Positions 50,719 to 63,590 of a stretch of 64,000 bases of DNA are shown here, one piece after another. Source of the stretch: Ophelia neglecta (taxonomy: Eukaryota); assembly GCA_965285935.1 (NCBI GenBank), contig OZ260667.1:61876001-61940000 (forward strand). The letters run 5' to 3'. The notes beneath the pieces were generated by a model. It saw only the letters and a program-made list of their open reading frames with translations. It did no database searches and was not told the DNA's origin. Position 1 is the stretch's first letter. Each line of letters begins with the position of its first letter. Both the position numbers and the translations under genes were made by a program.

Positions 50719-51777
50719 ATTGAACGGAAACGGAATAATCTGCACGAAATATGAATGAACTGAAAATATAACAAACTATTACGAAAACTGATTGTGATAT
50801 CCACTGTAAGATGACCCAGTACACGTTTACGACCACCAAACGACCTTGGACAATGATCCTGACGCTCTACTTATATACTGATTAATCTTTACATTGTTAA
50901 ATATATATCAATATCGAAGGATTCTGTGCGAACAAGGTTAAATTCAACATAATAATATGTTTGCTATATAACTTTGTTAACTATGGAAATCACGCATGGA
51001 ATTCAGTGCAGTTTGACGAACTCCAATCATCATTGGACATTGATTGAATTGCTCTTTGTTTAATCTTTACATAGTAAGCCATATATTGTGCAAACAAGGT
51101 TATATTACCACGTTATAATGTCTGGAACAAAGCCTAGATTACCATTGAAACATGTGGGTGTAATATGTATTTAGGAATATCATGTAGTTTAGTACTAGTT
51201 TAGTTTAGTACACGCTAGTCTTTTCTGCATTGTTTGTTTAAATGATTACTTCTTTCAGGTATGTTACCCAATTATCTTTACAAGAATACCTTGCGAGCCT
51301 CAGGGTTTTATCTCCAGGAAAAGCAACATTACCAAATCTAGGGAGAGCAGTTAATAAATTTACGTCCTTCTTGTAATTCAGCTGGGAAATTATTGGGCTT
51401 TGAGTTTTAACTACGAGATTTAATGTAATAATCTTACATTCTGAAATTATTCTACGTAAGAATTATCAGGTTTTGATAATACTAAGGTTTTAACTCGGCC
51501 TGAGCTGTCTAGGTCTACCCCCACGAGACCAGAATAACAAAGGAATCCTGATAAAGCAACATTCCTGCCTCTGCATGATTTAAACACAAACATCTATGAT
51601 TTTTGAGCCGTTAAGCAATGCACACAAGTGACCGTCGGCGGTGTATAACTATGCCCTGGCCCACCTCCGAAAAGAATAACACGTAATTATCGAGTATTAG
51701 CTGTTAAGATTTTGTCCTGTATATTCTTAAAGGGTTCTAACATAAGTTGACTAAAATTTAGTTTTCCGGGTTTCAAT

Positions 51778-52020
51778 AAGGTCCCGGGTTCTCCTGTCCA
51801 TAACTATGATAGTCTCTTTGGAGTTTTTCATCAGCTGTGATTTTTTTCCATGTTTTTGTAGAACTTATGTGCAACCAATACCACCGAGACTTAAGATAAT
51901 AGGCCTTAGAGCTCTGCCCTGAAGTGTGTCAGCGGGACAAGGTTGCGTAGAGAGCAAACTGTGAAATCACATCAGTGCAGAGGCGGCGTTTTTTGTGATG
52001 TAGACTCAGGCATCTTAAGT
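51778..52020 (+). pseudogene. Decayed signal+PAN exon-1 copy (paralog of 9043)
   Basis: Collinear with 9043-9285. Confidence 0.75.
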
Positions 52021-52179
52021 CAAATGATTATATCGGAAACCCATTTATATTCCTTGACCATGTATATCATACAATTATTACTATCGTGGCCGGTTAGAGG
52101 TACATTCTGACTCCAGTACGGACATCGGGCACCTATTCAAGGTGCTATAAGCATGGGTTGCACAAAAGACTTCGTTATG

Positions 52180-52365
52180 AACCAACTAAGTAAACGGAAC
52201 ATTTTCGCAACAAACAGAATTGAGGTCTTGTTAGCATTCATGGCGACTGTGCCCTCAACTGTCTGACAAGAGGAGGGCTGTGTAGAGGGGTTTTTGTAAG
52301 ACCAAAGCAGTATGTAATCTAGACAAGGCATCCCTAGAAATGTACTGTATTAAACAGCAACACTG
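52180..52365 (+). pseudogene. Decayed PAN exon-1 copy (paralog of 9450)
   Basis: tgtgccctcaactgtctgacaagaggagggctgtgtagaggg; collinear with 9450-9640. Confidence 0.78.
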
Positions 52366-53902
52366 TTAATATTAATGGCGCAATAGCAGTAAGTATCGCG
52401 AGGAAACTAAGAGTCGCCCTACACTCATAAGAGACTGGTAACCGTTTATCGCCGGGCGGAAAACAGGGAGGGGGGGGGGTCATGATTGTGCCAAAAAGCA
52501 GAACATCTTGCACGTTGAAAGTATATATTTTCTAGATAAAATAACAAAGGTAGAAATAAAAATTATGTAAAGATGGTAGCATAATGCAAAGCCTGTACAA
52601 TCTAAGTCAGACACTTCTAAATGGCAGAATGGTAAACATTTGTAGAATTTAAGGCATAGTTGCAGCTATTTCACAAATGATGGAAATTAAAAAAGTGAAT
52701 CAAACATGACCACTTGGGTGCAGCACTGTCAAAACCAATGAAATAAATGAAATAAAATAGTGATTAGTAATGGTATGGTATCCATTTGGCAAATAAGAAC
52801 CAATTCTGTCGTGAAAGCTGAGCCTCAAAGTAGTATTTTGAAAGTTAAGAAGTAGTGCTATATTTATTATGATTAATATTTGTTGATGATATTTACCCAA
52901 CGCACTTTGTCAAAAAGTTTTAAATTATTTGTACTCATCCCGTTCCTCATCCCAGAGACTTACACTATGTTAATAACCCCGACACTGATACTTACCCTAC
53001 CCTAGTCGTTGGATCGAGTTCAATGTTGGCAGCGTTTACTGTATACCAATTGAATTAAATTATTCTAAAACGACATGTAAGTAGTTTTGGACTGCAACGT
53101 ATCGAACGCTTATGAGACAACATGCAGTATATTCACAGAACACACCGGAAACACATCCAATTTAACTTGTAGGGACAACTGGTATCCATTGAGTTCTGGA
53201 CTATTTACGGTGTGTAAACACGCATGTTACTTTTATAGCTCGCTCTACTGCCGCTTCATGGCTGTTAGAGAGATCTCTATAAACATGGGTTGCTCAACAT
53301 TTCGCTATAAACAACGTGTGTGATGAATTGATCGAAACAACTTTATAGTATTCAATTTCAATTGTATTATCTGCATGAATGGCTGATACCAGATAGCCAT
53401 GGACTAAAAGCTATGATACAAGGAGGATCGATCGATTCGCATTTAACCACTAAGAGCCATGTCATGTAAAGAAGTGGAGAATGCTGAAAATGGGCAAAAT
53501 AGTAACGAGGCACAAACGCACGTACAAAACAACATTATATGTCCTGGTCACCGTCATCACGTATTGTGTTGTTTCTACCTAATCACACATGACTCCATTA
53601 GCTTTGTTGTCTTAAAGTTGTTTCCTATCTGAAGACTATGTACACTGCCATGGCGTTTTGAAAGCTACAACAAACATGGAACAATTATGATCGATCTTTT
53701 CAGTGTTCTATATATCCTTCTTCATATAGTCTTCAGATCTGGGGGGTATAATACTTCTCGTCTTTCATCCTTTCTCTATTCAGTTTATAAGAATCTGTGC
53801 CATTTGCTAGTCTTACAATTGTTGGCAACTACGAATAGGCGAGTCAAACTAAATTTTGTCCAGGTGGGCGGCAAATGTACATACACTAGTAGTGTTAGTG
53901 AC

Positions 53903-56635
53903 ATGGATGGACGAGACAAGTTCCTGTTCATAACTCTACTAGTCTCTTGTGTGTTCTGCGCCGAATGTGAATTTGTTTCCTTGCAATTTAGTAAGGGGAA
54001 AATATGTGCAGCAAACACACTTGAGGTTTTAGTTAAGAGTCATGCAGAATGTGCCCTAAAATGTCTGAGTCTAGGAGGGTTATGCAGAGGGTATTTTGTG
54101 GGACCGCAGCAGGGCGGAGACGGGTTTCTTTGTGATATATACTCAGGCAACACTAGTACTTTGCTTTACTATAAAACAACAGTCACTAGAAAGGACTACT
54201 ATCAAGGTAACCATTTATTTTTTTCCGATTTACTGATATAACACTTTATGTAATGGCTTGCGGCTTGCATATACTTAATGTGTATGATATAGCCGTTATA
54301 TCCTTTGTATTCATGAAATGCTTGTCTTGGCGTTAAGTGGAAATGTTTTTGAAATGTTTCACTGTAAAAAAATCATTAAGAAATTAATCATGACCACTTT
54401 CCATAGCAAAAGTTAAAATAGTATATAATGACACAGGAGAAGCAGCTGTTTCAGAGTTCCATTAATTATATGCTATTACTAATATATAACATTTACATTG
54501 TATTTGTAAATAGAAATCTCCACTCCTATGTTTACAAGCGCAGTTAAGGAATAGCATTTCCTTCCCATATATTCACCGAACAATTGGATACAGACAATTA
54601 TTCTAGATGGTTCCACAATAAATATCCTTAAATTATAATAAATGATTTGATATTTCAGAAGCAGCAGGCATTCGTTCGGTGGAGGAGGCAGCACGTAAGT
54701 CAAACTAGAGACAACTCCTAACAGGAATAAGTTAACAATTGAATATGTTATTAGAGATGAGTAATTTAATGGTTATTTCTTCTTAGAAATGACTGATAAA
54801 TTTTTTTTTTATTCACCAATGCATTACGGAGTACAATATAGACTGTTGGCTTTTTTATAACGCACACTAAGTGTCTAGTACTTATTTTCAAAGCCGCTCA
54901 CGAATACTAGAGATGATTTTATCACAAATTCCGGGGATAATTCGGGACATTAAATTAACAGCAAGGGAAATGGAGCAGCAAAATACCTAACCATCACCTT
55001 CCCTGTTATGTGACCTGGCTCTCTTTTCGAGACTAGCAGAGCCAAGGGTTCACCTCAAAATATATATCTTTGCCTCCTCGATAACCCCTTATTAACGTCC
55101 GTGTTCCGATCTCCAAATACAGCCTTGATCACCACCACAGGAAAACTTCTGTCAGCCTCCTCTTCATGGCCATTTACACAAAATCACGGACCTCAATGTT
55201 CGGTTCTCGGAGTCCCTACACCAGCCGGATGTTACATGGCATGGGTTTCTATCAACCCTTGGGGAGGTGATTGGATTCAGGTACACTGTCTTTATTTTCG
55301 GATGTCTTTGGTTTTAAAAGGCAAAACTAGTGCCGTGATATAAGAATGTGTAGGCTTATTGTTTTCAGGGCTGTATGTTAACGATACATAAAGGTAATGA
55401 AATATGTGAGTTAAGTTTGCTGTAAGTCGGGGTCAAAGGTTAGATTTGGTTTTCTGGGATAAGGAGATATGTAAGGAGCGTCTACTCTCTTCACAGCCTT
55501 ACAGTCTAATTAAAGAAACTTTATGTCAATGTTGTTAGTATTGGGTAATTTTTGATTAAGCGAATCTTTTATTTTGGGATGTATAATTTGAAATACTGGT
55601 TCATGTTTTGTAATTGGATACGTAGGCGGATCTCGGCAGTACCTTTGATGTAGTTTCCATAGCAACACAAGGGCGTGGCGATGGGGCACATTGGGTAACG
55701 TCATTCAAATTGGCCGCCTATGAGGGTGATGCTGTCATATATTACCCCTCTGGAGAAGAAGAAACTGCCAAGGTGAGGCACTGAAAAGCTGAATCGCCAT
55801 TTATGGTTTACATAGTGGAAGAAGCAAATATTTTTATTCATACCGGAACCTGTCATTTTCCCCACCAATTGTCACCGGGCAAAATTAGACCAGGAATCTG
55901 GACAGAAGGTCCATTTGTCACTGGGTAAAATCAAACTTTCACTCTAGACAGAAGGTCCATTTGTCACTGGGTAAAATCAAGCTTTCACTCTAGACAGAAG
56001 GTCCATTTGTCCTCGGGCAAAAAGCAGACCAGCAATCTAGAAAAAGGGTCCATTTGCAATTTGACTCTGTACATCGCAGCTTCATACCAGCTGATCACGC
56101 AGCCTAATCAAACATTTACTGATCACGTGAACAGTTCATTGGTAATGCTCACTACCCCTGACCTAAAGCCATGTAGATCAGCCAATCCTGGTAGAAGGAA
56201 TAAATCATATATCTCATATATCACTGTCCTTTATGTCTACCTTTTTTTATAGCGATATAAGCTATGGTCAGGTGATAAATGTCCTTTTCTAAATTTCTAA
56301 ATTAATCACCGGTCAACCTGTAGTTCAAACAGAAGTTCTATATTCAGTTATGGGTTTTAATTTTTTATAATTATAGCAATCCTAGATATTTTAGAAATAT
56401 AGTAAGTCAATTTATTTATCATGGCAGACGAATATATTTTCATTCAATAATGTTCATGAAAAAAGTATATCGTTTTATTTTGTTCAAGGTTTTTGATGGA
56501 AACTTTGACCAAAACACAACGGAAAAGCACACTTTGTGTCCAGTTCTGGTGGCCAGAAGAGTAAGGCTGTATGTTTTTGCATGCCACAGTATCTGTGGTC
56601 TCAGATGGGATCTGTACGGCTTCGGGACTGCTTGA
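53903..56635 (+). CDS. Secreted PAN/apple + F5/8 type C protein, subfamily B copy B2
   Basis: Exons 53903-54206, 54659-54694, 55123-55280, 55626-55772, 56489-56635; all GT-AG; 792 nt = 263 aa + stop. Confidence 0.92.
55870..56070 (+). repeat. 46-bp tandem repeat in intron 4 of B2
   Basis: gacagaaggtccatttgtc at 55901, 55947 and 55993. Confidence 0.85.
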
Positions 56636-57120
56636 TTGAAAAACGAATGCACACGAACATACATTCATCATTGAGCGGGATATACCGAAATATATTATAT
56701 TGTGATTAAGTAAATGTGAAGGGCGCTGTCAAATAATCCAGTGCATGTTAACGACCTTTAAACGACCTTGGACATGGAACTTAACCCACTTTGCTTATAA
56801 CCTGATTAATATTTGCATAATTACCATGTTTAAATACCGAAGAAGAACCAGAACCCATTGTGTTAATTCTTTCTTTCCTTCAATAAAAACTTAGCATACT
56901 ATGTGTTAGAAATTGGCTGATTTCTTGATGATAAATCATGACTTCAAAGAGACTGTTGCATTCTGGACCACCGCCCATAATGTAAAACACATTTAACATT
57001 AACCATTTAACCATTAACCATTACCCCACACATAGGTAAAAAGAATACAATGTGTCATAATTTATAACGTAAAAGAAGTTAAACTACTGCAGATATGGAA
57101 GAATCTTAAATTATATGAAA

Positions 57121-59400
57121 ACAAATTATGCCAATTAATACTAAATGTGACACGTGCTCTTCATGTGTTAGTTGTTTAGTTGATGATCCAGTGCATGAAA
57201 ATAACAAAAGACATTTATAATCCTATTTGTCTGCAAATTAACTTGTACTGAACTTAGAAATTAACATTTACCGTAAAGTAGAATAGAACGTCAAAAATGA
57301 CTCAGAAAAGAAAGAACGAACCATGGTGCATTGCGATAAACAGGTCTGTTTTTCACAAATCCATTCAAACAAAACCAAGTGTTGAATCTTGAGAGATTTT
57401 ATGAATATTTCTTGACTTTAGAATACATCAAATACTTGGTCGTATACATGCACTTGCAGGTTATCTTTAAACGCTGTCTTATTGTTGAGACTCAAGATAT
57501 AACTAAGTTGCATTGTATATTTACGATCAAATAAATCTACATAGTTTCATTAGAATGCACTAGTGGAAAAAAAAATACAATTTCTTGCCAGAAAGTAAAA
57601 TTACTAAGAAACGAAAAAAGAAGTCGTTTTCCACGACACAATTTTTATTTTTTCCCACGACACAACGTGTTTTTTTATTGTTTGTTTAACCAATTCGTTT
57701 AATAGACGTGACAGACTATCAATACGTAAGCGCATCGATCATGTCCGTCTCTCCAGTCGGTGAGCAAGGCTGCGTCACAATAAATACCACACTGACTGTA
57801 GCCCGGGGTGGTACAGCTTCCTTCAAATGACCTTGGTAATTGATCACAAATGGCTTTCCTTATACACTAATTTATTTTTACCTAATTACATATTTTAATT
57901 CCCAAGGTTGCCAATGCACACACAGATATAATAAACATAATGATATGTCTGCGATATAACCAAAGAAATCATAATAAATGAAGTCGATGAGCAAGGCTGC
58001 ATCACATTTAAAACCACGCTGACTGTAGGCCGGGGCGCTACAGCTTCAGGGCTGTATATAGCAATAGGAAACTAACGAACTAGTCGATGAATAAAGGAAC
58101 CTAAAATATGATAACAAACTATTGTGACGAGCTAAATGTGCGCTGTGAGACAATCCAGAACTTGTTAACAACCATCAAATGACATTGGAAGTTGATCAGC
58201 ACTTTCTTTTCTTATACACTGATTATGTTTACATTATATCATAGTTTAATTTCCCAGGTTGCCAATGCACACACAGATATATTAAATATAATGATACGTC
58301 TGCGATATAAACAAATCTCTCATGGCAAATGAAGGAGTGCTACATACATATGATGATCGTGTATATCAATAATGTCTTAAAAGATCATTAACTAATTTTG
58401 TTAGTCGTTTACTTTTTCTTCAATAAACCACTTCACATATAGTTAATGCATATAGTCCATGACTTGTGGACCTAGGCTTAATATTTTGTCCCTAGGGAGT
58501 GTCTTATGAAGTTTTCCCGTGACGGATAGACAAAATGTTCCGCCTAGTTCCTCTATCAAGGTCCATATTTGTTTTATTATACATCCAATCAAATATTAAT
58601 TAAATGCTCATCAGCAGAAACCACTGTCTTTACCAATTAAACGTGGTGAAATCACCGAAATTTTCATTGGATCTAATAATAGCTTGCACAATACATATTT
58701 GTAGTCTGGTTCATGCCCGGATAGCTTCCTCGGCTAACAGGTTTGTCGTATAATAATATTCTACAGTAGTTCTCTCGAGGCGCCACCTGTGCCATATGCA
58801 ATTTTCTGGAAAGCTAAACGGAGAATAAACGGCAGAACAAGCGCACAGCGGGAAACAAGACACTCTCATCCACAATTCTCAACCAATAAAATATACCCTG
58901 GATGTATAATGATATGTGTTAGAACTTTGCTTATTAGTTGCCACGAGCTCACAGGTCGTATACCATACGCTGTAACAAAGCTACGGACACCATGCCTCGC
59001 TCATTCTTGGCATTTGTAGTGCCAACAGCGATAACGATACGCTCGTTAATGTCCCTCGTTAATATGTCTGCGATATAAGCTAGTTAATCATGAAAAAGGC
59101 AAATAGTCATAAATGTTAAAGGCACAATTTGCATATAAATGCTAACCATAAGGGAGCATGTGCCCATTGTGCTTACTTTTTATTACCTTCAAGCCAACTA
59201 TAGGTCTGAGAACTAATTGGTAGTAAATAATAGATTCCCGTTGCGTCTTTCCCAGATTTTCTTTAAATGATTTGGTTGTATCTCTCATGCCATTAGTTCA
59301 GTATCTGGTAAGGTTTTGTTTTTATTTTCGAGTTATCCTTCTTAGACAATATAGGTTCAATAACAAGAATAATACACCTTGAACTTGGCCCAGTTTCTGG
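57121..59400 (+). repeat. Segmental duplicate of the intergenic region at 1-1900 (parts also at about 36740-38400)
   Basis: aatactaaatgtgacacgtgctct, acgtaagcgcatcgatcatgtccgtctctc and ggacaccatgcctcgctcattcttggcatttgtagtgccaacagcg are shared in the same order. Confidence 0.88.
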
Positions 59401-60057
59401 AAGCGGTCTTAACTAAAATTAAAGTCAAAAAATCAGGTCCAGAAACGGCATCACTCTCCTAGAGACCTTCGCGCTAGTTTGCGAAGAAAAATCTCTCCTC
59501 CAGCTTCTTTTTCCAAATACTATTCCATGTAAAATTTGATGAGATGCACTTTAATTGTCCTTTTTTATATCTGGCACAAAACTTGAGCATCCGTGATAAG
59601 GTGAATCACAAGGTGTATATTGGACACCCATTATATTATTGTTCTTAATGTGTATATTGGACACACTTTGTTATTCTTAACGTATATATCGTACTCACCT
59701 TATTAATCATATTGTGTGTATCGGACACATATTATTTATCATAGTCTGTACATGGGACTCACGTTATCATTCTTGTTATGATTATCTGACAATCGAGACA
59801 AGTTCCATCTATTATAAACTCATTCTGCGTCATACAGAGAAGTAAAGGGTTGTTTGAAGGGTAAATAGTGAAGAGGCACGCATACGATGACAAAACAACC
59901 TGGTTGTCATAACAACTAAACCTAATACTGATTTGTCGACGTCATCACGTGATTATTGTCTATACCTATTCAAACACTAGTGGCTATAACAAAAATTTCA
60001 CCATCATTGACCAGATTGGTTGCACCATTTTTAACATACACTAGCAATCTGAGCAAC

Positions 60058-60340
60058 ATGGAAGGACGAGACAGGTTCCGGGTATCCTGTCCTTAACTCT
60101 TCTAGTTTCTTTTGTCCTGCTTCGAATGTGATGCTATTTCTATACAACTAAGTAACCGGGACATTTTCGCAACAAACATAATTGAGGTTTTGTAAGGATT
60201 CATTGGGAATATGCCCTCCACTGTCGACAAGAGGAGGTCCGTGTAGAGGGGGTTTGTAAGACCATAGAAGGGGGAAACGGCCTTCTTTGTAATCTAGGCT
60301 AGGCATCCCTAGAACTGCACTGTATTATAAGGCAACATTT
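60058..60340 (+). pseudogene. Decayed signal+PAN exon-1 copy with ATG retained
   Basis: cactagcaatctgagcaacATGGAAGGACGAGACAGGTTCCGG (MEGRDRFR); frameshifts and stops follow; same lineage as 9450 and 52180. Confidence 0.82.
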
Positions 60341-60607
60341 CATGTTAAATGGGCAATAGTAGCAGTTATCGCTCGGAAACTGAGGGTCGCCTTATACTAA
60401 TCATAAAAGACTGGTAATGGTTCATCGCCGGGCCGGAAAGAGGTGGGGGGGGTCATGATTTATGCAAAAAAAAACAGAACAACTTGCACTGTAGCAGTTA
60501 TCAATTTTATATGTATTAACCATTTGCAATAATGACCGGCTGTGAACATTGTGAACAAGAAATAGAATTGATATTAAAAAACAAGTAAACCTGTCGAATA
60601 GCCAGTG

Positions 60608-60732
60608 AGGAGAGGAGGGCTGTGAAGAGGGTATTCTCTGAGACCACAGCAGTGAGGAGACGACGTTCTTTCTGATCTAGACTCAGGCAACACCAGTATT
60701 ATGATGTATTATACGGTAACAGTCACTGACGA
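60608..60732 (+). pseudogene. 3' half of a PAN exon-1 copy
   Basis: agaggagggctgtgaagagggtatt..agaccacagcag..gatctagactcaggcaacaccagt..acagtcactgac. Confidence 0.78.
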
Positions 60733-61571
60733 TTTTTATTGATTTTGGAAATATTCTAGGAAACTATGATTTTGAGGTATTCTCATTTGAAAGTCGGCCT
60801 CAAACCAGTGAATCAAAAATTGGCCAATAGGAACCAATTTTACTGTGAAATCTGTCAGCCTTTGCAGGGACATTTTGCCCCCCCCCCCCCCAAGTAGTAT
60901 TTTGAAAATTTATGTTAGAGACCTCTCTATTAACATGGGTAGCACAAACATTTCGCTATGAACAACCTGATAGCGTGGGTGTTGAACTGATCGAAACAAC
61001 CTTATAGTATTCAATTCCATCTGTATCATCTGCATGAAGATCTGATACCAGGAGGATCGATCGATATGCTTTAAACCATAAAATGGCCATGAATTAAAAG
61101 CTATGTCATGTAAAGAAGGTGAGAATGTTGACAAATGGTTAAAATAGTGACGAGGGACAAACGCACCGACAAAACAACATAATATTGCCTGGTCACCGTC
61201 ATCACGTATTGTATTGTTTCTACCTGATCAAACATGACTCCATTAGTTTTGTTGCCATAAAGTGTTTCCTATCTGAAGACTATGTACACTGTCATTGTGT
61301 TATTAAAAGCTACAACATACATTGAACAATTATAATCGATCTTTCAGTGTTCTATATATCCTCCTTCAAATAGTCGCCAAGTCGGGGGTGTATAATACTC
61401 TCGTCTTTCAACCTTTATCTATTCAGTTTATAAGAATGTGTGCCATTTGCCAGTCTTACAATTGTTGGCAACTACATAAAGGCGAGTCAAACTAGTTGTG
61501 ATAACAAAATGACACCATCGTTGACCAGATGGGGCAGAACTTTATAAACATACACTAACAGTGTTAGCGAC

Positions 61572-63590
61572 ATGGACGGACGAGACAAGTTCCAGCTATT
61601 CCTGTTCCTTACTCTACTAGGGTCTTGTGTGTTCAGCGTCGAATGTGAATTTGTTTCCTTGCAATTTACTAAGGGGAAAATATGCGCAGCAAACACACTT
61701 GAGGTTTTAGTTAAGAGTCATGCAGAATGTGCCGTAAAATGTCTGAGCCGAGGAGGGCTGTGCAGAGGGTATTTTGTGGGACCGCAGCAGGGCGGAGATG
61801 GCTTTCTTTGTGATATAGACTCAGGCAACACTAGTACTTTGCTTTATTATACAACATCATTCACTGAAAAGGACTACTATCAAGGTAACCATTTATTTTA
61901 TTCTGAGAGTCGATTACTGATATAACACTTTATGTAATGGCGTGCGGCTTGTATATAGTTAATGTATGCAAGTTTGAAATGTTTCTATCGATGTTTGGAT
62001 GAAATCCAAACATACAAACAAGTCAAGCAATTTGAGTGTATTTAATAGCCGTTATATCCATTGTTTTCATGAAATGATTTTTATTTACGCTTAGTGGAAA
62101 TGCTTTATTAAAATGTTTCACTGTTAAAAAAAATCATGAAGAAATTAATCATGACCACTTTTAATGGCAAAATTTAAAATAGTATGTTATGACACAGAAG
62201 AAGTAGCTGTTTCAGATTTTCATTAATTATATACTGCTACTAATATATAACATAAACAGTGGATTTGTAAATGGAAATCACCACCCCTATGTTTACAAGG
62301 GCAGTTTACGGAATAGCATTTCCTTCCCATATATTCAACGAACAATTGGTTCCAGACAAATATTATCCACAATAAATATCCTTAAATTGTGAGAGAGGTC
62401 TAAAACGATCATGATACTCTGAAAGTTAACAGTGTATTCATTAAAGAAATGATTTAATATTTCAGAAGCAGCAGGCATTCGTTCGGTGGAGGAGGCAGCA
62501 TGTAAGTCAAACTAGAGACAACTCCCTAACAGGAATACATTGACCATTGATTATGTTATTAAAAAGGGTTATTTCTTCTTAGAAATGACTAATAGTATAT
62601 ATTTCATTGTATTTACTTTTCAAGGCATTACGGGGTACAATATAGACTGTTCGCTCTTTTATAACGCACACTTAGTGTCTAGTATTTATTTTCAAAGCCG
62701 GTCACGAATACTTGAGATGATTTTGTCACACATTCCAGTGATAAACCAGGGCATTAAGTTAACAGCAAGGTAATGGGAATAGCAAAAGACCTAACCATCA
62801 CCTTCCCTGTTATGTGACCTGGCTCTCTTTTCGAAACTAGCAGAGCCAAGGGTTCACCTCAAAATATATATCTTTGCCTCCTCGATACCCTCCACTTAAC
62901 GTCCGTGTTCCGATCTCCAAATACAGCCTTGATCACCACCACTGGAGAACTTCTGTCAGCCTCCTCGTCATGGCCATATACACAAAATCACGGACCTCAA
63001 TGTTCGGTCCTTGGAGTCCCTACACCAGCAGATTGTTACATGGCATGGATTTCTAGCAACCCTTCGGGAGGTGATTGGATTCAGGTACACTGTCTTTATT
63101 TTCGGATGTCTTATGTTTGAATAGGAAAAACTGGGGCTGTGATATAATAATGTATAGGCGTATGGTTTCAGGGCTGTAGATTAAAGATGTATAAAGTTTT
63201 ATGGTTATTGTTATCAGGTAATGAAATATGTGAGTGAAGTTTGCTGTAAGTCGGGGTCAAAGGTTAGATTTGGTTTTCTGGGATAAAGAGTAATGAAAGT
63301 AACGTCTACTCTCTTGGCTGCCTAACAGTCTAGTTAAAGAAACTTAATGTCAATGTTGTTAGTATTGGGTTATATTTAATTAAGTCAATGTTTTATTTTG
63401 GGATGTATAATTTGAAATACACGTTTTGTAATTGGATACGTAGGCGGATCTCGGCAGTACCTATGATGTAGTTTCCATAGCAACACAAGGGCGTGGCGAT
63501 ATGGTACAGTGGGTAACATCATTCAAATTGGCCGCCTATGAGGGTGATGCTGACATATATTACCCTTCTGGAGAAGAAAAAACTGCCAAG
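61572..63590 (+). CDS. Secreted PAN/apple + F5/8 type C protein, subfamily B copy B3 (exon 5 expected beyond the window)
   Basis: Exons 61572-61884, 62466-62501, 62927-63084, 63444-63590; all GT-AG and in frame. Confidence 0.88.

Noticed and set aside
50067-57010. Duplicated block as an uncollapsed haplotype artefact of 6420-14570
   Set aside because: Many substitutions and indels, a TE presence/absence difference, different flanks and a third B copy favour true paralogy; long reads would be needed to exclude it fully.
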